A DNA stretch of 64,000 nucleotides from the human T2T-CHM13v2.0 reference genome, Homo sapiens, in NCBI RefSeq assembly GCF_009914755.1, contig NC_060928.1; one strand, given 5' to 3'. The position numbers and the translations under genes were made by a program. This document shows, piece after piece, positions 12,876-27,444 of the stretch. Within the stretch, counting starts at the first letter, position 1, and the number at the start of each line of letters is the position of its first letter. Under the pieces are notes generated by a model. That model was not told the origin of the DNA. It saw only the letters and a list, made by a program, of their open reading frames with translations, and did no database searches.

Positions 12876-13963
12876 TCATAACAAAAATGAAGTTCAATAA
12901 TTATATCAATAAAAAAATCTGGCTTAAATATTTTATTTTATTCAGATTTCCCTACCTGTTCTTGGTTTTCCTATCTCTATTATGTCAGTAGCACATGCAT
13001 TTATTTTCATCTATTTAAGACTTTGTGGTTTGAAATGGGTTAAAGTTTAAAATATGTGTTATTACTCTTCATTTTACAAGTGAAAAATGAGAGGCACAAA
13101 CAGTTTGAATAATTTATCTAGACACATGTAGATTGTTGCTTATAGCCCAATTTGCATGTCAACTCAATCGAATATTAGTATTTGTGCATATCTGGGAAAG
13201 TCTGTCAAATTGAGTCAAAGTCTGTTTGTATCAAGAACTTAGAAGTCTCTTGGGAATCTATTTACGCTATGGGAAGAAAGAAAAGCAGACAAGTTTGATC
13301 TAGTAACAAAACATTAGTCATTAGAGTCAGGGGATAATCAGAATTTAGTAAGGTGTTTGTAACTCAAATGTGTCTTCTGACTCACTTTCTCATAGGGAAT
13401 GGGTGATTCTTCCAAAGTCCTCAGGCACTGGGCCAAGATTACACTAAAGAACACAAGCGCAAACTATTAGAGGTGGTATATTTAAAAACTCAAACGCTGA
13501 CAAGTTCAATATTTTTCGCTTTCTCCTGGTGTGAAAAAAGTAGCCACTTCTTTTACAGCCACTGTGATATGGTGCCTTCCATACTGTAGGTTGTCAAAAA
13601 ATGTTTATCAAATAATACACGTATTGAATAACTTGCAGTTCCCCTCATTTGTTTAGCTTTGGTGAATACAGACCACATTATTGTAAGACAATTTCTTCTT
13701 GATTTAGTTCTTAAATGGCATATCCCTTAAGTACAGCACATTCTAGCACAATAAACGTATCTCTGAGGCACTACAGTACACACATTACACACTCATGAAT
13801 TCTTGCTATTCATGTGCCTATCCTTGCTCTTGTTTCTCTTTCCACACAATCTGGCTAGATTCCAAGTAAAAATTATCATTCACTTATCACAATAATTAAT
13901 TTTTGTTTACTATTGATACATCCATTCCTACATTCTTCACAAAAGACAAGGAGAAATGATGCA

Positions 13964-13985
13964 TGTGTGTGTGTGTGTGTGTGTG
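13964..13985. repeat. (TG)n microsatellite
   Basis: Directly visible. Confidence 0.9.
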
Positions 13986-14689
13986 CATGTGGTAGGCAGA
14001 AGTGACAGTAACTGTAGATAAAGGCCACAAGATTTATTTCACAAAAGTTTTTGCAACATATTGCAGTATAAGCACAAAGGCTTTTGGCTTCCCTGAGGAG
14101 ATAAACAACACTCAAGCAGAGAAAGGAAAACTGCCAGCTACTATAAGGTTCACAAATTGACTTTATCAGACTAAGGTCTTCAAAAAACACAAATGCTTGT
14201 GGATATTGACAGCAGCAATGGTGTTACCCAGAGGGAGGCAATGACAGTGATGCCTAATAGTAAACACCTTAGTGAGAGGGGAGAGAATCCCCTAGCATGG
14301 CCTCAGATATGGAGGTGACCAGAGTTGAAGAAAGGTAAAAGAGAATGATAGACAAGTTCTGTTTACGTGTGACAGATGACCAGAGTAGATTTAGAATTTA
14401 CTAAGATGGGGAGACTTCTGAAGGTATAAGCTTTCAATAGAAACAGGATAAATTACCAAGGATTGTCAATTCACAAATGGTTAAAAAGAGGCATATTTAG
14501 GATATTAACATACATTAACTACAAATTCTTTATTGTTACTATAAATCCAGTTAGTGGAAGTAAGGGAGAACATTTTCACTATCGTTATTTTTTTTAGTAT
14601 TATTTAGTATTATTATAACCGTTTTTGCTTCCTAACATAGTACTTACTCTTCTTGTGATTAAAAATATTATTATTTATATGGAAATATA

Positions 14690-14870
14690 AAATGGTAGAA
14701 CTGGAGGGGATCTTTGATATCATCTCATGGCATAATATCATATTGCAAGGAGATAATTTGAGCTAAGTACATTATCTAACTTACCCATCTGGTGGTCAAG
14801 CATGTATTACTAACTCAGAAAGTCATACTGTGGATCTTATGACACTATACTGTAACATTTGGAACACTGT
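14690..14870 (-). mobile_element. MIR fragment
   Basis: 'tagaactggaggggatctttgatatcatct' resembles the MIR/MIR3 end. Confidence 0.45.
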
Positions 14871-15924
14871 GCCTTTTCAGAATTGCTATTTTTTGACATA
14901 AGCAATCAGATTCAGAATCTAAATTTTGCATGAAACAGAATCATTAAAATAAAAAGTTGTCAAAAACAGCATACAAAAAAGGATAAGAAAATCTAAATTT
15001 ACATCTTCATATGGATAATTTATAAAATAAATGTTTGAAGTTTCAAAATCAGTTCCATGACTCATGAATTCCATTACTCATTTTGAAAATATCAAATAAT
15101 CGTGACAGCATGGAGAGAAAAAGTTGAATTCGTACAGATATTTATTTAAAGAGTTGTTGCCGTGTTATGCATTTTCTTGAAAGAGGTGGGTGTCAACACC
15201 TCCTTCGCCTAAAGTCTAATGAAGGGGCCTTTATGGGACCACTCAGAGACCTTGAAATGGATTTGTTGCAGTTGAGAGGAAAAGAAGTCTGAGGCCAGAC
15301 TCAATCACAAGGAAAAAAAACAGCTAAAGTATGTCCTGAGGCAGTAAGATAGAGGTGATTATGTTAGGATCAGGCTAAACTTCCATGATTTTCTTGGATC
15401 AAGTAACATATGAATGTTTCCCAGGCAACATAACTGTCCTATATAGAAAATCAAGTAAATCTAGAACCACTTAAATTTTTCTTTCAATAGGATCACCAAA
15501 GAGATTGAAGGAAATCCAGTAGTATAGATTCATTGTGGAACATTGATGTGGAATTGAACATCAATGAACCGGGGCCTGAAGTTACTCCTGTGAGTCAGAG
15601 TAATAGAAAACATTGTCAAGAGGTAAAAGTTCTGCCTATGGGATTCACCTAAGAACTCTCCAAAAGAAATGAGGACACAATCAGTAAATTCAAAGTTAAC
15701 GACTTTGTAACTTCAGATTATATGGAACCACTCTCTCCAGTAAGAACCACATTAACTCTACTCGCCACTCACCTCTATTTGATTAGAACAGGAACAGAGG
15801 ATAGACAGTGAAGAAGGAAGTGAACAAGAAGAAAGAGAGCAATGTTAGAGAATCAAGCAACCCTGTGATACAATGGTAAAATATATTTCACAAAAACAGA
15901 CACTTCACAAAGAAGGATGTACAT

Positions 15925-18900
15925 TTTTTTAATGGATTGTGCTTTTAGTGTTATTTCCAAGAAATCTTGGGCTAACCCAAGGTAACAAAGATTTCCTCCT
16001 TGGTTTTCTTCTAGAAGTTTTATAATTTTAAAATAAATCTTTAGGACTATAAATAATTTTGAGTAAACTTTATTAAATATTACAAAGTATGAATCGGAGT
16101 TTTTATTTATTTTTTCATATGGATATCCAATTGTTCCAGCATAATTTTTTTAAATGTCTGTTTTCTGAATTAAATTGCATTTGTAATGGTGAAAAATCAG
16201 TTCATTACACATATTTGGCACTATTTACTAATTCTTTATTTGTTTCATTGCTCTATTTGTCAGTCTTCATACCAATACTGCACTGTTTGGCTTAATGTCA
16301 CTTTAATGTCTTGAAGTCAAGTAGTGTAATTTCTATAACTGCTTCCTTTATTTCCAAAGTTGTTTGGATTATTGTATAATTTTTTGCATTTTTATATGAG
16401 TTCTATAATTATCTAGGACATTTTCCTTACAAATCTTTCTGGAACTGTTACTGAGATTGAGTCAGTTGTGTATTGAATCTGTGGATCAATGTTGGGGGAA
16501 CTGACATCTGAAAAATATTAGGTTTTCTGATCTAAGAAAATTGTTTACTTCTGTTTTTTAATACTTATTTCTCTTGGCAATTTTGTGTAGTTTTAAGTGT
16601 TTAGGTCCTTCACATACCATTAATCAGATTTTTTCATAAATTCTAGATAGTTTTTAAGATAGATATTTTGATGCATTTAAAAATTTTCAATTTATGCTTA
16701 TTGCTGGTATATATAAACACAAATGAGTTTGTTAATATTGATATTATATATCCCACAGCATTGCTAAACTCACTTTTTAGTTCAAATAGCTTATATGTAA
16801 GTTTGATTTGGTTTTCTATGTAGACGATTATGTCATCTGCAAGTAAAGGCCATCTAATTCCTTTACTTTTAGGTTGGATTGCTTTTCTTCCTTTTCTTGC
16901 CTATTGCACTGGCTAGAATATCCAATGGAAAAAGCTTACACAGAAGAAGTAAACAATGGCATTCTTGCTTTGTTTTTGATCTTAGGGAGAATGCATTCAA
17001 TCTTTCACCATTAAATATGACGTTAGCTGTAACCTATTTGCAATTGTCCTTGTTATGCTAATGGGAGTTCCCTTCCGTTTCTGGTTTTCTCATAGTTTTT
17101 AGAAGAAGTGTATATACATAGTATCAAATGATTTTTCTGTGTCTACTGAGATCATCATATAACGTTCTTGCTTTTAGTCTGTTCATAAGGTAAATTACAT
17201 CGATCAATTTTTAAAATATATTATATTATATATATTAAACCAAACGCGTTTCTACGATTAAACTCTGCTTGGTTATAATATATCATCCTTTTTAATATAT
17301 TGTCAGATTTGATTTGTTAAGAATTTGTTAACCTTTTGATCCATGTTCATTAGAGATTATCATTATAGGCAATAAAAGTATAGTTTTTCAGGTTTGTATT
17401 TGCTTTTGTTTTTCGAGTAATGTTGGCCTTATAAAATGTCATTAAATATGATTGATCCTCTTTAATTTGGGGAGAAATTTTACCTACTGTTCTTCCTTAA
17501 ATGTCTGTTAGACTTTCCAGTGAAGCCATTATGACCTAGAGTTTTCTTTGTGGAATTAAAAATAAATTTCAATTGCTTTAATATATATAGAGATAGTTTT
17601 CTATGTCTTATTAAATAACTTTAATGGTTTGTGTCTTTCAAGGATTTAGTCTTTTTTAAATTGTTAAGCTCATTGGCATAAAGTTGTTAATATTTTATAT
17701 TATCATTTTAGTATTTGAAAAATTTGTAAAGGTGTCATTATTCTCATTCCTGATATTGGAATTTGTATATTCTCTCTCTTTTCTCTTGCATCTGAATAGT
17801 TTCACTGGCTTATACATTTCACTGATCTTCACAAGGAACTAACTTTTGGTTCCGTTTTTTTTTCTCTACTTTTTGGTCTACTTTTCATTGATTTTTCGCT
17901 CTGATGTTTATTTTTTCTTTGTCTACTTTGAGTTTTATTTGCTTTTTACGCAAATTTTAAGGTGGAAAACAAAATTATTGACTTGAGTTATTTCTTCTGT
18001 TGTATTAAATAGGCATGTAACGTTACATATTTTCCTATAGGTGATATTTTAGTTGCATCTTACAAATTTTAAAATATGTTTTAATGACATTTTTATTTAG
18101 TAAAATATATTTTCTAAAGTGTCTTTTTTCTTTTTTGATCCATGAGTTGTTTAGAAATGTGTTATTTAGTTTCAAATAATTGGGGACTTTTCAGGTATCT
18201 TTCTGTTGTTCCACGGTGATCAAAGGACATATTTTGCATGATGTAAATCACTTTCAATTATTTTTACTTGTTTCTGGCCCACAGCTTGGTGTATCTTGGC
18301 AAATATTACATGTACACTTGTAAATAATATTTATTCTGCTGTTGTTGAGTGGAGTATTCCATATATGTCGATTAGGTCAATTTTGTTAACAATGTGTTCA
18401 AGTCTTCTATATAGTTTTTCGTTAACATTTCTATCAAATATTAAGAAAAATGTGATGAAATATTTAAGTATAGCTATGGATTTGTCTATTTCTCCTTGAA
18501 GTTTTATAGATTATTGCTTCATATATTTTGAAGCTGTTATTAGGTACATAAAGTTTTAGATAGTTATTTTCTCTTAATGAACGAGCTCTTTCATTACAAT
18601 TTATTAGCTCTTATCATCCCTTTTAATATTGTTTTCTCTGACATCGACTTTGTTTGATATTAAAATTAACCACTCCAAATTTTAAAAATTAAGGTTATCA
18701 TTACATATTATGTTCCACCTCTTTAATTTTTAACATATTTATATTTTTTAAAATATTGTGGATCTTGATTTTTAAAATCTAATCTGATAATCAGTCTTCT
18801 AATTTACATTCAATGCTAGTTTATATATGGTTTGCTTTGGCTATCATTTTGCTATTTATTTTCAATTTATTCTACTTGTTCTTTTCGTCATTTTTGCTCT

Positions 18901-19140
18901 TTTTATACCTCCTTTCACATTAAGTATTTTTTAAAATTCCACTTTAGATTTTTGTTGGCTTATTAGATATATCTCTGAGTTGTACTTTTAGTGATAGCTT
19001 AAAGGTTTATAGTGTACATCTGAAACTTATCATAGTCTACCTTCAAGTAATAGTATATGTTTTCATATACGGTATAAAAGCACACTGTATTATACTTGTA
19101 TTTCTCCCCTTTCAGTCCTTGGGATATTGGTGCCATACTG

Positions 19141-19184
<44 letters not shown>

Positions 19185-19600
19185 CACACACACACACACA
19201 TTTATGAGTTGTTTTTGCATTTAATAGTCAAGTAACTTTTGAAAAGATTTACATAATCATATACAGTATTTTATCTATTCACATAGTTACCAATTCTGAT
19301 GGTCTTTCAGATCTTGCTTTTAAAGATTTTGCAGGAAGGACCAGAGCATCACTTAGTCTGGGTTTAATTCTTCTCATTATTAAGGCAAAAACATTTTGAA
19401 AAGTTTCTTCACTACCCTGAAAATTATGAGGTATACTACTGTGACTATTGGGAACAGGTTCTATTCTCTGCTCTATATGAGGGAGCTTCCAGTATTTTTA
19501 CCTCTTACTTATATTATTCTGTCTCTGTTCTTGTGTAGTTCATACCTCACATTGTTTCACATCATCACTGAGAAAAAAATTCAAACACATTGAAACAAAA
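15925..19600 (-). mobile_element. Old LINE-1 (L1MC/MD/ME-type) large fragment
   Basis: Continuous, heavily diverged antisense ORF2 homology, e.g. 'gattatgtcatctgcaag', 'gatcttagggagaatgcattcaatctttcacc', 'ttctgctgttgttgagtggagtattc'. Confidence 0.8.
19145..19199. repeat. Interrupted (CA)n microsatellite
   Basis: Two CA tracts separated by a short A run. Confidence 0.95.
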
Positions 19601-20864
19601 CTCTGCAATAGACATCTGAGAATTTGGACACTTAGTATCGGTATTTTGAAGTGTTTCATTAATATCTTAAGACAAGTGTATCAAAACCATTGGCATATTT
19701 TAATTTCAAATCACCAAATTTGTTTTTACTAACATGACAAACTAAGGATTCACTGTCAATGCTACATCTGCTTAATTTGACTTGAGTTTACAGGGAAGGA
19801 CATCTAAAAGTCATGACTTTGAGAAAGTCGTAATTTAGTCATTTTTATGTATTGTGGACCCACAGATAGCTAGCTGAGCTCTAGAAATTATGAGGGGAAA
19901 TCAAGGAGATATAAAATACTTTCCAATATTCTAAAATAATACACATATACTTCAGAACCAACAAAATAAATTTAAAGAAAATACAGATAAACATTTATGG
20001 AAAAACATATAAATACATATTAACATACTTTAAAATGTCTATGTGGTTTCAATTTTATTAAAAATTAAAATATATAAAAATAGTACATTTGATATTTTAA
20101 ATATATGGTTATTAATTATGGACCCTCATAGGATATAACTGGATTCAATAATGAATAAAAACATCTCTATAAAGTGGTAGCTTTGCTAAATTAGAACAGT
20201 TAATCTCTAGCCTATTAGTCTCCTACATGCTGAGGCAGCCATGGAAATAAAAATGTGTAATAGAATTACACTTGTTATTAAATATGGGAATTTCTCTTAA
20301 GACCTCTATTGACAGGAAATGTTTCTTACTACATTCGATTTTAAGTTCAGAGAGGTCCAGATACATGTTTGTATGGCCTTACTTAGGGCTGCCATTTCAA
20401 CAGAGCCAGTATTCCTTTATTTTTCTCTACCCTCCCAGATAAGATGAGATAACTAAGAGAGAAAAAGAGGTTACTTGTAGAGACAGTGGAGTATTCATAA
20501 AAAGAGGGAAGAGATACCTCACAGAAATTGCTCATAATGCTAGAAATGAAATAGCATATGGTGTAAGTTGGTATTACCACTCTTTGCCTGAGTTTTTGAT
20601 ACCAGGAAGCATGGAGATTTGAATTTAAATGTGCCTATCGGATCCAGATCTAGAGGATCTCCAGTGTTAGTCTCAAAGAAGTATGACAATCAAGAAATGT
20701 TGCTTGAGGACTTTGGCTATAAGCCACCTTGAAGTTAGCTGAGAAAAATGTGGTCAAATCTTTTAAAGGACAATAGTATCTAGAGGAGCTGTTTGAGAGA
20801 AAACCCTCCAAGCTGTGGATCCTATTGCAGTCACCATCTTTTCACATCATTCCCAACAAAGGCA

Positions 20865-21255
20865 GTGTGGTGGACATGGTGTTGGGTCATCCAGTTTTCT
20901 GTCTTCAAGGAAGGACTTATTGCCATAGCTTCTGGCCATTGCTATTTGCACACAGCCTTGAACTGTCAGCTTCTAGAGGGATTGCCTCAGGTACAGAGAA
21001 CCACCTCACCAAAGGTCATGGCTAGCATCCAATGACTGAGAGAGCAGAGGACGAAATAATTCAGAACAATTCTCAAAGCCCATTTTAGGTCCAGAGCTCT
21101 TGAGCGAGTATGCAATAGCTGTTCCCAGGCCCACACTGTATCTCAAATTCCTGTTTTGCCCAGGTAGGCTTCCTTCTCCAAGAGTTTTTTCAGATAAATG
21201 TATTAGAAGCTATACTCATCTGATTCTACTTCCCAGAAACCCAACCCCATTGACA
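20865..21255 (+). mobile_element. LTR16-like (ERVL) solo LTR
   Basis: 'aactgtcagcttctagagggattgcctcag', 'ccaatgactg' and terminal 'ctacttcccagaaacccaacc' resemble LTR16C. Confidence 0.65.
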
Positions 21256-21659
21256 AGCAGTTACGGCTAATCAGATAAAGAACAGGAACCTCTCCCTGGG
21301 CAGTTTAGTAAAAAAAAAAAAAAAATACCCCTTTTCTAAGATATACACTAACAATATTTGCTGGGAAAAAAGACAGAGGCCATGTGGCAGAACATTCTTG
21401 TGATATGAAGAAAGAGGTTTAACTACAAAATGAGAGAAATTTTCAAATGACTTGACTGAGTCTTCTAGGCAGTGATTAGATTTTTCAGATATGAAATAAT
21501 GATTGAAAAGTCATGGTTTCAGACTTAAATATCATCAAAAAGCCTGATTCCATGTAGAAATGAGGAAATCTAGATAGTGGGTAGATTTTAAAACAAAAAT
21601 TTTGAAAACACTTCTTATTTATCAACAAATGAATTGAAATCCTTTCTCAGCCAGTAATA

Positions 21660-21702
21660 TGTGTGTGCGTGTGTGTGTGTGTGTGTGTGTTTGTGTGTGT
21701 GT
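21660..21702. repeat. (TG)n microsatellite
   Basis: Directly visible. Confidence 0.95.
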
Positions 21703-21799
21703 GGTTGGTGCAAGTCCAATGAATAGAAAAACATGTCATGAAATCAATCTTTTGTCCTCCTTTATAGAAACATCGTATTTCAAATAATGACAATGTATA

Positions 21800-22697
21800 T
21801 CTGTCTTCAGAGCCTTAAGCTAAATTGGAATTCCAGTACCAGGGCAGCTAGCAACTTTGCCCTGATGGGAAACACATGCCTCAAGGCATGTGTGCTTACA
21901 GCTTGCCTTTCACAGGGTAGTCTTTTTATCTGGTGGATGGTCTAATACCTAGTTTTCTGACATTTGACCATGTGTTTTTCACACAGGAAATTTATTAACA
22001 TTGGCAGACACCTTTGTGGTTCTTATCTGACCTATGTCCAGTTTATACCTGTCTGACCATTCCTCTGGTTTGAGGAGACTGCCCTTGTGTTCTCCTTGGC
22101 ATCCGGGAGAAAATTCAACCTATGGTAGCCCCTGGTTCTCCAGGTGAGAGGTTCAAATTCAGTACACCACCATAATTTGAAATCAGTCCAAAGATATGTT
22201 ACCTACAGATTCTGAGCAGGATGGGAACAATGAGTTAGGTGGGCAGCTCTCTGTCCTTTGGTCAGGGGTAGGCAGGAATGAAGAATCTAGCTGAGAGAGA
22301 GAGCCCATATACAGCTAGCAGTATATATTGGGGAATAGGAAGTGGATCACTTTAACTTCAGGGCCACATATCAGAATGATCTATTTAAAGAAAGCATCAG
22401 AAAAGTGGGAAGCCCAGTATGCTGGGCAGAAAAGGTGCCCCTAAGTTCTTATCTCTGGCCACTGGCTTTCGCTATTTGGGTGTGGTGTTCTATTTCTAAT
22501 GTCTAGGCAACAACCTTTTTTATGTTGTTCCCATTACAGGCCTATATCTGGATGGACCACATTGAGGAACTGGGAGGAGACATAGAGCTAGAAACTGTGT
22601 CATGGGGGACCAAGTCCCGCTTCTAGTATAAAAAAGTTAAACTTATATTCTAAATAAATGCCAAGGCAACATAAAATTCTAAGAATTTGCTATAACA
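21800..22697 (-). mobile_element. ERVL-type LTR sequence (MER54-like 5' end), possibly composite
   Basis: The reverse complement of 22540-22697 reads 'tgttatagcaaattcttagaattttatgttgccttggc...gacacagtttc...cctcccagttcctcaatgtggtc' (MER54-like); 21800-22538 is also LTR-like. Confidence 0.65.
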
Positions 22698-23370
22698 CTT
22701 CACAGTCAAAATATGTCTACTTGTTTATATCAATGAGCTTCATACTCACAGCATTATTTATTCACTTTATTGACCATCACAATATGTCAGTTGATTCCAA
22801 TATGACTTTTAAATTTCACTATAGTAAAATTTATTTAAGTAGACAGGTTTCTTTGGCCAGGAACATCTTAGAATGAGCAGTTATGAATTTCCAATGCTAC
22901 TGAATACAAATTTAAATGAAATTTTTAACTTCAAAATTTAAAAGACTAAATAACAGCGATAAGCTACATGCTACACTTTTATTATGAGAAAAGCTTGGAT
23001 TCCTTTTGGGAAGAGTTTCCCAGAGCCTTTACATCTTTTTCTAAGCTGTTAAGTGTGTTACTGTTTTTGTCCAAACCTAAATGCAAAAGAAAAAATAAGG
23101 CTTGAAGTCACAGGTAATGAAGAAGCATAAAGTCAATTAATAAATGAAAAGGTTATGATTGACAGGGCCAGGGCCATATCACAGCAGTATTCAAATATTT
23201 AAGTCATTTCATCCTTTTAAGCCAAAAATTAAAAAAAAATTCTGAGACTGAGAAAAATAATACTGAGGCTGAAAAAATAAGTGCTAAATAAAAACATGTT
23301 GAATAAATGAAAGTAAATTCCTAAATAACTGATCAATATGAGCTACAAAACGCCAAAACTATTAGACTTG

Positions 23371-23383
23371 CTCTTTCTCTCTC

Positions 23384-23416
<33 letters not shown>

Positions 23417-23450
23417 ATCATATAGTGTGTATATATGCACATATATGTGT
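23371..23450. repeat. Compound (TC)n(TA)n(TG)n microsatellite
   Basis: Directly visible. Confidence 0.9.
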
Positions 23451-24229
23451 AGATACTTATTACATAAACTAAAACTCTACAATTTATTCATAAATATCCC
23501 AGGTGTGCTTGATTGTAAGCTTGTGGGATGAACAAAAAACCATAAGTGGAAGCAAGTTCTTTGGCCTAATTATTTGTCTCTTTTAAGATCCACTAAATAC
23601 ATACACAGCTTAGAATACCTTTAGAGGCCAAATAAATGCAGAAGCTATATAATTAATGTTGAGGAGAAACAGCTTAGAATAAGGCTGACACTAGCATGAG
23701 GCAAAGTTGGATGAAGACATATTTCACATCCAGAGGGTTCAAAACAGAGAATATATCTACTTCTGGGGCATGGATAAGAATGCAAATAAAACCACTGAAC
23801 CAAAATCCTGGCAGTTAGAGAAATACTCTGGAAGATACAGATGTCAGTTTGGACAGTAATGGTGATTAGTGTGATTTGGTAATTGAAAAGAGGCAGCAAA
23901 GGCGGAATCTGAAATCTTCTACATTCAGGTCCAGTGATACATTGTTATTTGACTCAATTAACTTAAATTACTAAGATATAACTGAATAAGTTATGTCATT
24001 AATTATGACTCATCCAAGCACATGCTGTTTAGCAAGGAAATTTTGAGTTTTGTAGGCTATAAATTAAGAGTTAATGGGAGTCTGTAAACAACATTTGATT
24101 TCAGGAACACAGCGTTCTGTTTTCTTAAAGAAGACTAATGACTTAAAATGGCATCTTGCCTCACTGGTTAACCAACAGAAAGAGAAGACAGGGACTGTGA
24201 ATTCTAATTTTAAATAATGATTTATCTCA

Positions 24230-24330
24230 CACTAGGTGAGGCAATTAGCTTTGGTTTCCTTGGATATAAAATGGAACAAATAATACCCAATTACCTTGTT
24301 GGAACATCATAATGAGAAACCCAGGATGCA
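24230..24330 (+). mobile_element. MIR core fragment
   Basis: 'ggtttccttggatataaaatggaacaaataatacc'. Confidence 0.5.
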
Positions 24331-25133
24331 TACTTACAAATAACCTTAAAAATATAAAGTTCTAAATTACATAAATAATGATGTTTCCAAATCCATCAGT
24401 CACATGCAAAGTGTGCTGCCAGTTTTATGCTACATTCTTGAGCTCATAACATGAAAAGGTCCATGAATATGTGAAAATTGTTTTCATTTTTCTAGACAAA
24501 ATGACTATAAGACAAAATTAAATGTATTCAAAGAATTTTAAAGTTACAAAATTTAAGACAGTGTAGCATTAGCCCAAGGATGAAAACACTGACCAATGGA
24601 ACAGAAAAAAATTGCAGAAAGAGACCCACATGTTCACAGTCATTGAACTGTCAAAACAATTACTGCAGTGCAGTGAGAAAAAGATCATCTTTTTAACACA
24701 TGGTGCCAAATGATTAGATATAATATTGAAAAACATATGACTAGACTATAACTACAACTATGTACTAAAATCAGTTATAATTGGATTATGAACCTATATG
24801 TGAAATGTAAAGCAGTTAAGTTTCTTATAGAAAACATTTCAGGACTTGGGGAATAGTCAGAGATTTCTTACATAGGATAAAGTAACTATTAACCTTAAAA
24901 GAGATTGAAAAATTGGACTACATTAAAATTAAAAACATTCATTTGTCAATAGATTCTATTCAGAAAGTGAAATATAAGCCAGAGGATTGATGAAAAGGTG
25001 TGTAATCATAATCTGACAAAGGATTTGCGTGCAGAAAATATTTTTAAACTCCTAAAATCAATTAAAAACAAAGAAAATAAAATAGAAAAATGGACAAAGT
25101 AATTAAGCACATGCACTTTTTAAAAAAGGGTTA

Positions 25134-25435
<302 letters not shown>

Positions 25436-25554
25436 GGTTATCTAAAGGACTAAATATGTAAAGAGGTAATCAACCTCAGTAGTCAGCAGTTAAATATAAA
25501 TGAAAACCTTAAAGGAATAATTTCCAACAGGTTGGCTGAAATTTCAAAGATGTC

Positions 25555-25936
25555 TGTTATGGGCTGAATTGTGATCTCCTAAAAATTCATATGTGAATAC
25601 CTAACCCCCAATATCTCAGAATGTGATTGCATTTCTAGAAAAGATCTTAAAGGCATAATTAAGTTTAAATAAAGTCACTGGAGTAGATACTAATCCACTA
25701 TGATTGCTGTGCTTACGGAAGAGGAGATTAGGACACAGACAATACCGAGGAAAGACCATGTAAAGACAGGGAGAGAAGATGGCCGTCTACAAGCCACCAA
25801 GAGAAGCTTCAGAAGTGACAATCCTGCCAACACCTTGACCTTGCACTTCTAGCATCCAAAACTGTAAAATAGCTTCTGTTATTTAAGCCACCAAGTCTGA
25901 GGTACTTTGTTGTGGCAGCCGTAATAAACTAATACG
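25555..25936 (+). mobile_element. MLT1B-like MaLR solo LTR
   Basis: 'tgttatgggctgaattgtg' ... 'gatggccgtctacaagcca' ... 'ggcagccgtaataaactaatacg'. Confidence 0.88.
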
Positions 25937-26669
25937 AGGATAATACCAAGCATTGTTTGAAAAAGTATATGTTCATACACACCTGATGGGTGTATAAGTT
26001 AGTATGACCACTCTGGAAAACTTCTGACAGTACCGACTAAAGCTGAAAAGATATTCTATGATCTGTTTATGAGTGAAAATATATGCACCAAAGGACATGT
26101 ACAATATCCATAGCCCAAAAGAGTGCCAACCTAAATGTCCATCAACAATAGAAAAGATAAACGAATGGTGGCTTTTTTTTTTTTTTTGCTATGTATCTTT
26201 TTGGAGCAAAGAGAAACAACAGATGATTATTATATGCAAAAGCATGAATAAATTTTTACAAACATAATGCTTAGCAGAATGTCAGACATGAAAGAGCACA
26301 TGCTGTATGGTTTCATTTTCTATAAAATTCTAAAATAGGCATAATTAATCTACAATGAAAGAAATAAAGATACTGGTTACCTTTGGGGAGGAAGGAAGAA
26401 GGTAGTGACTGGGAGAGGAATGGGGCCTCCCCAGTCACTTGGGCTTGCTCTGCATTGCCTTAATATTCTCTCTTGATCTGGGTGATGATGACGAAGCTAT
26501 GCACTATGCCAAAATGAATTAAGCTGCAAATTTATGATTCCTGAACTTTTCCCTATGTATACTACTCTTCATTATAAACTTCACTTACAATTTAGAATAA
26601 AGCATTTCTGAAAACGTTTTAAATTATTATAAAAGTTTTGTGTAGCTTAAAGCAATATAGGGCAAATAT

Positions 26670-27110
26670 GTCACTTATCTCTCAAAACACTCCAAACATT
26701 CAGCTTCTCATTCAGAATACAAGCTGAAGTTTTTCCTTCTTTTTACCATCTACTCAACTCTGCTCCCTCTGTAACTTAACCTCATTCTATATTCACCTTT
26801 TCTCACACTGGCCTCCTCTGCTGGGAGTGGCTCTTCCTCCCAAACTCCAAGTGTGCTGCTGTGTCAGGCCCCAATGTAGCCACAGTCCTCTGTGGAAGTG
26901 TCCCTATTCTCGTTTTCCTGCTTTATTCTAAGTCATTTTAACTATATTTATTACATACAAAATGTCCCTTCCAAACTAAAATATAACCCTTTGAGGGTAT
27001 GGCTTTCGTCTGCTTTTTTTTTTTTTTTCTTTTATAGCCTCTTCTGGAATACTGCCTGGATATGCAGTAGTCATACAGTACATATTTGCTTAAGAAATGA
27101 ATGAATGCTT
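26670..27110 (+). mobile_element. L2 3' fragment
   Basis: Ends 'actgcctggatatgcagtag...atatttgcttaagaaatgaatgaatg'. Confidence 0.6.
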
Positions 27111-27444
27111 TTCTCTTCATTTTAATTATTAGGCCAGAATATTACCTATTATTTATGACTTTTAGTAAATAACTAATTGTAAGATGAGAATAACTTATGG
27201 ATTACCTTAAATTATGAATAAAGATGAGAGGAGGAGTCCAAGGTAGCACAGCATTTACTAACATTAGGCAAATAGTTTGACTTAATACTTACCAGTTGAA
27301 CAGATCACAGTGATGTTCATGACACAGTTTGATGGAAAGGCATTACACCAGAAAGGGAAAGAAAATGTATTGTTTAATTCTCCTCAAAGTAGTTGTCTCC
27401 TATTATGTAAGTAAAAATTATATAATAATAAGCTGTTATCAAAA

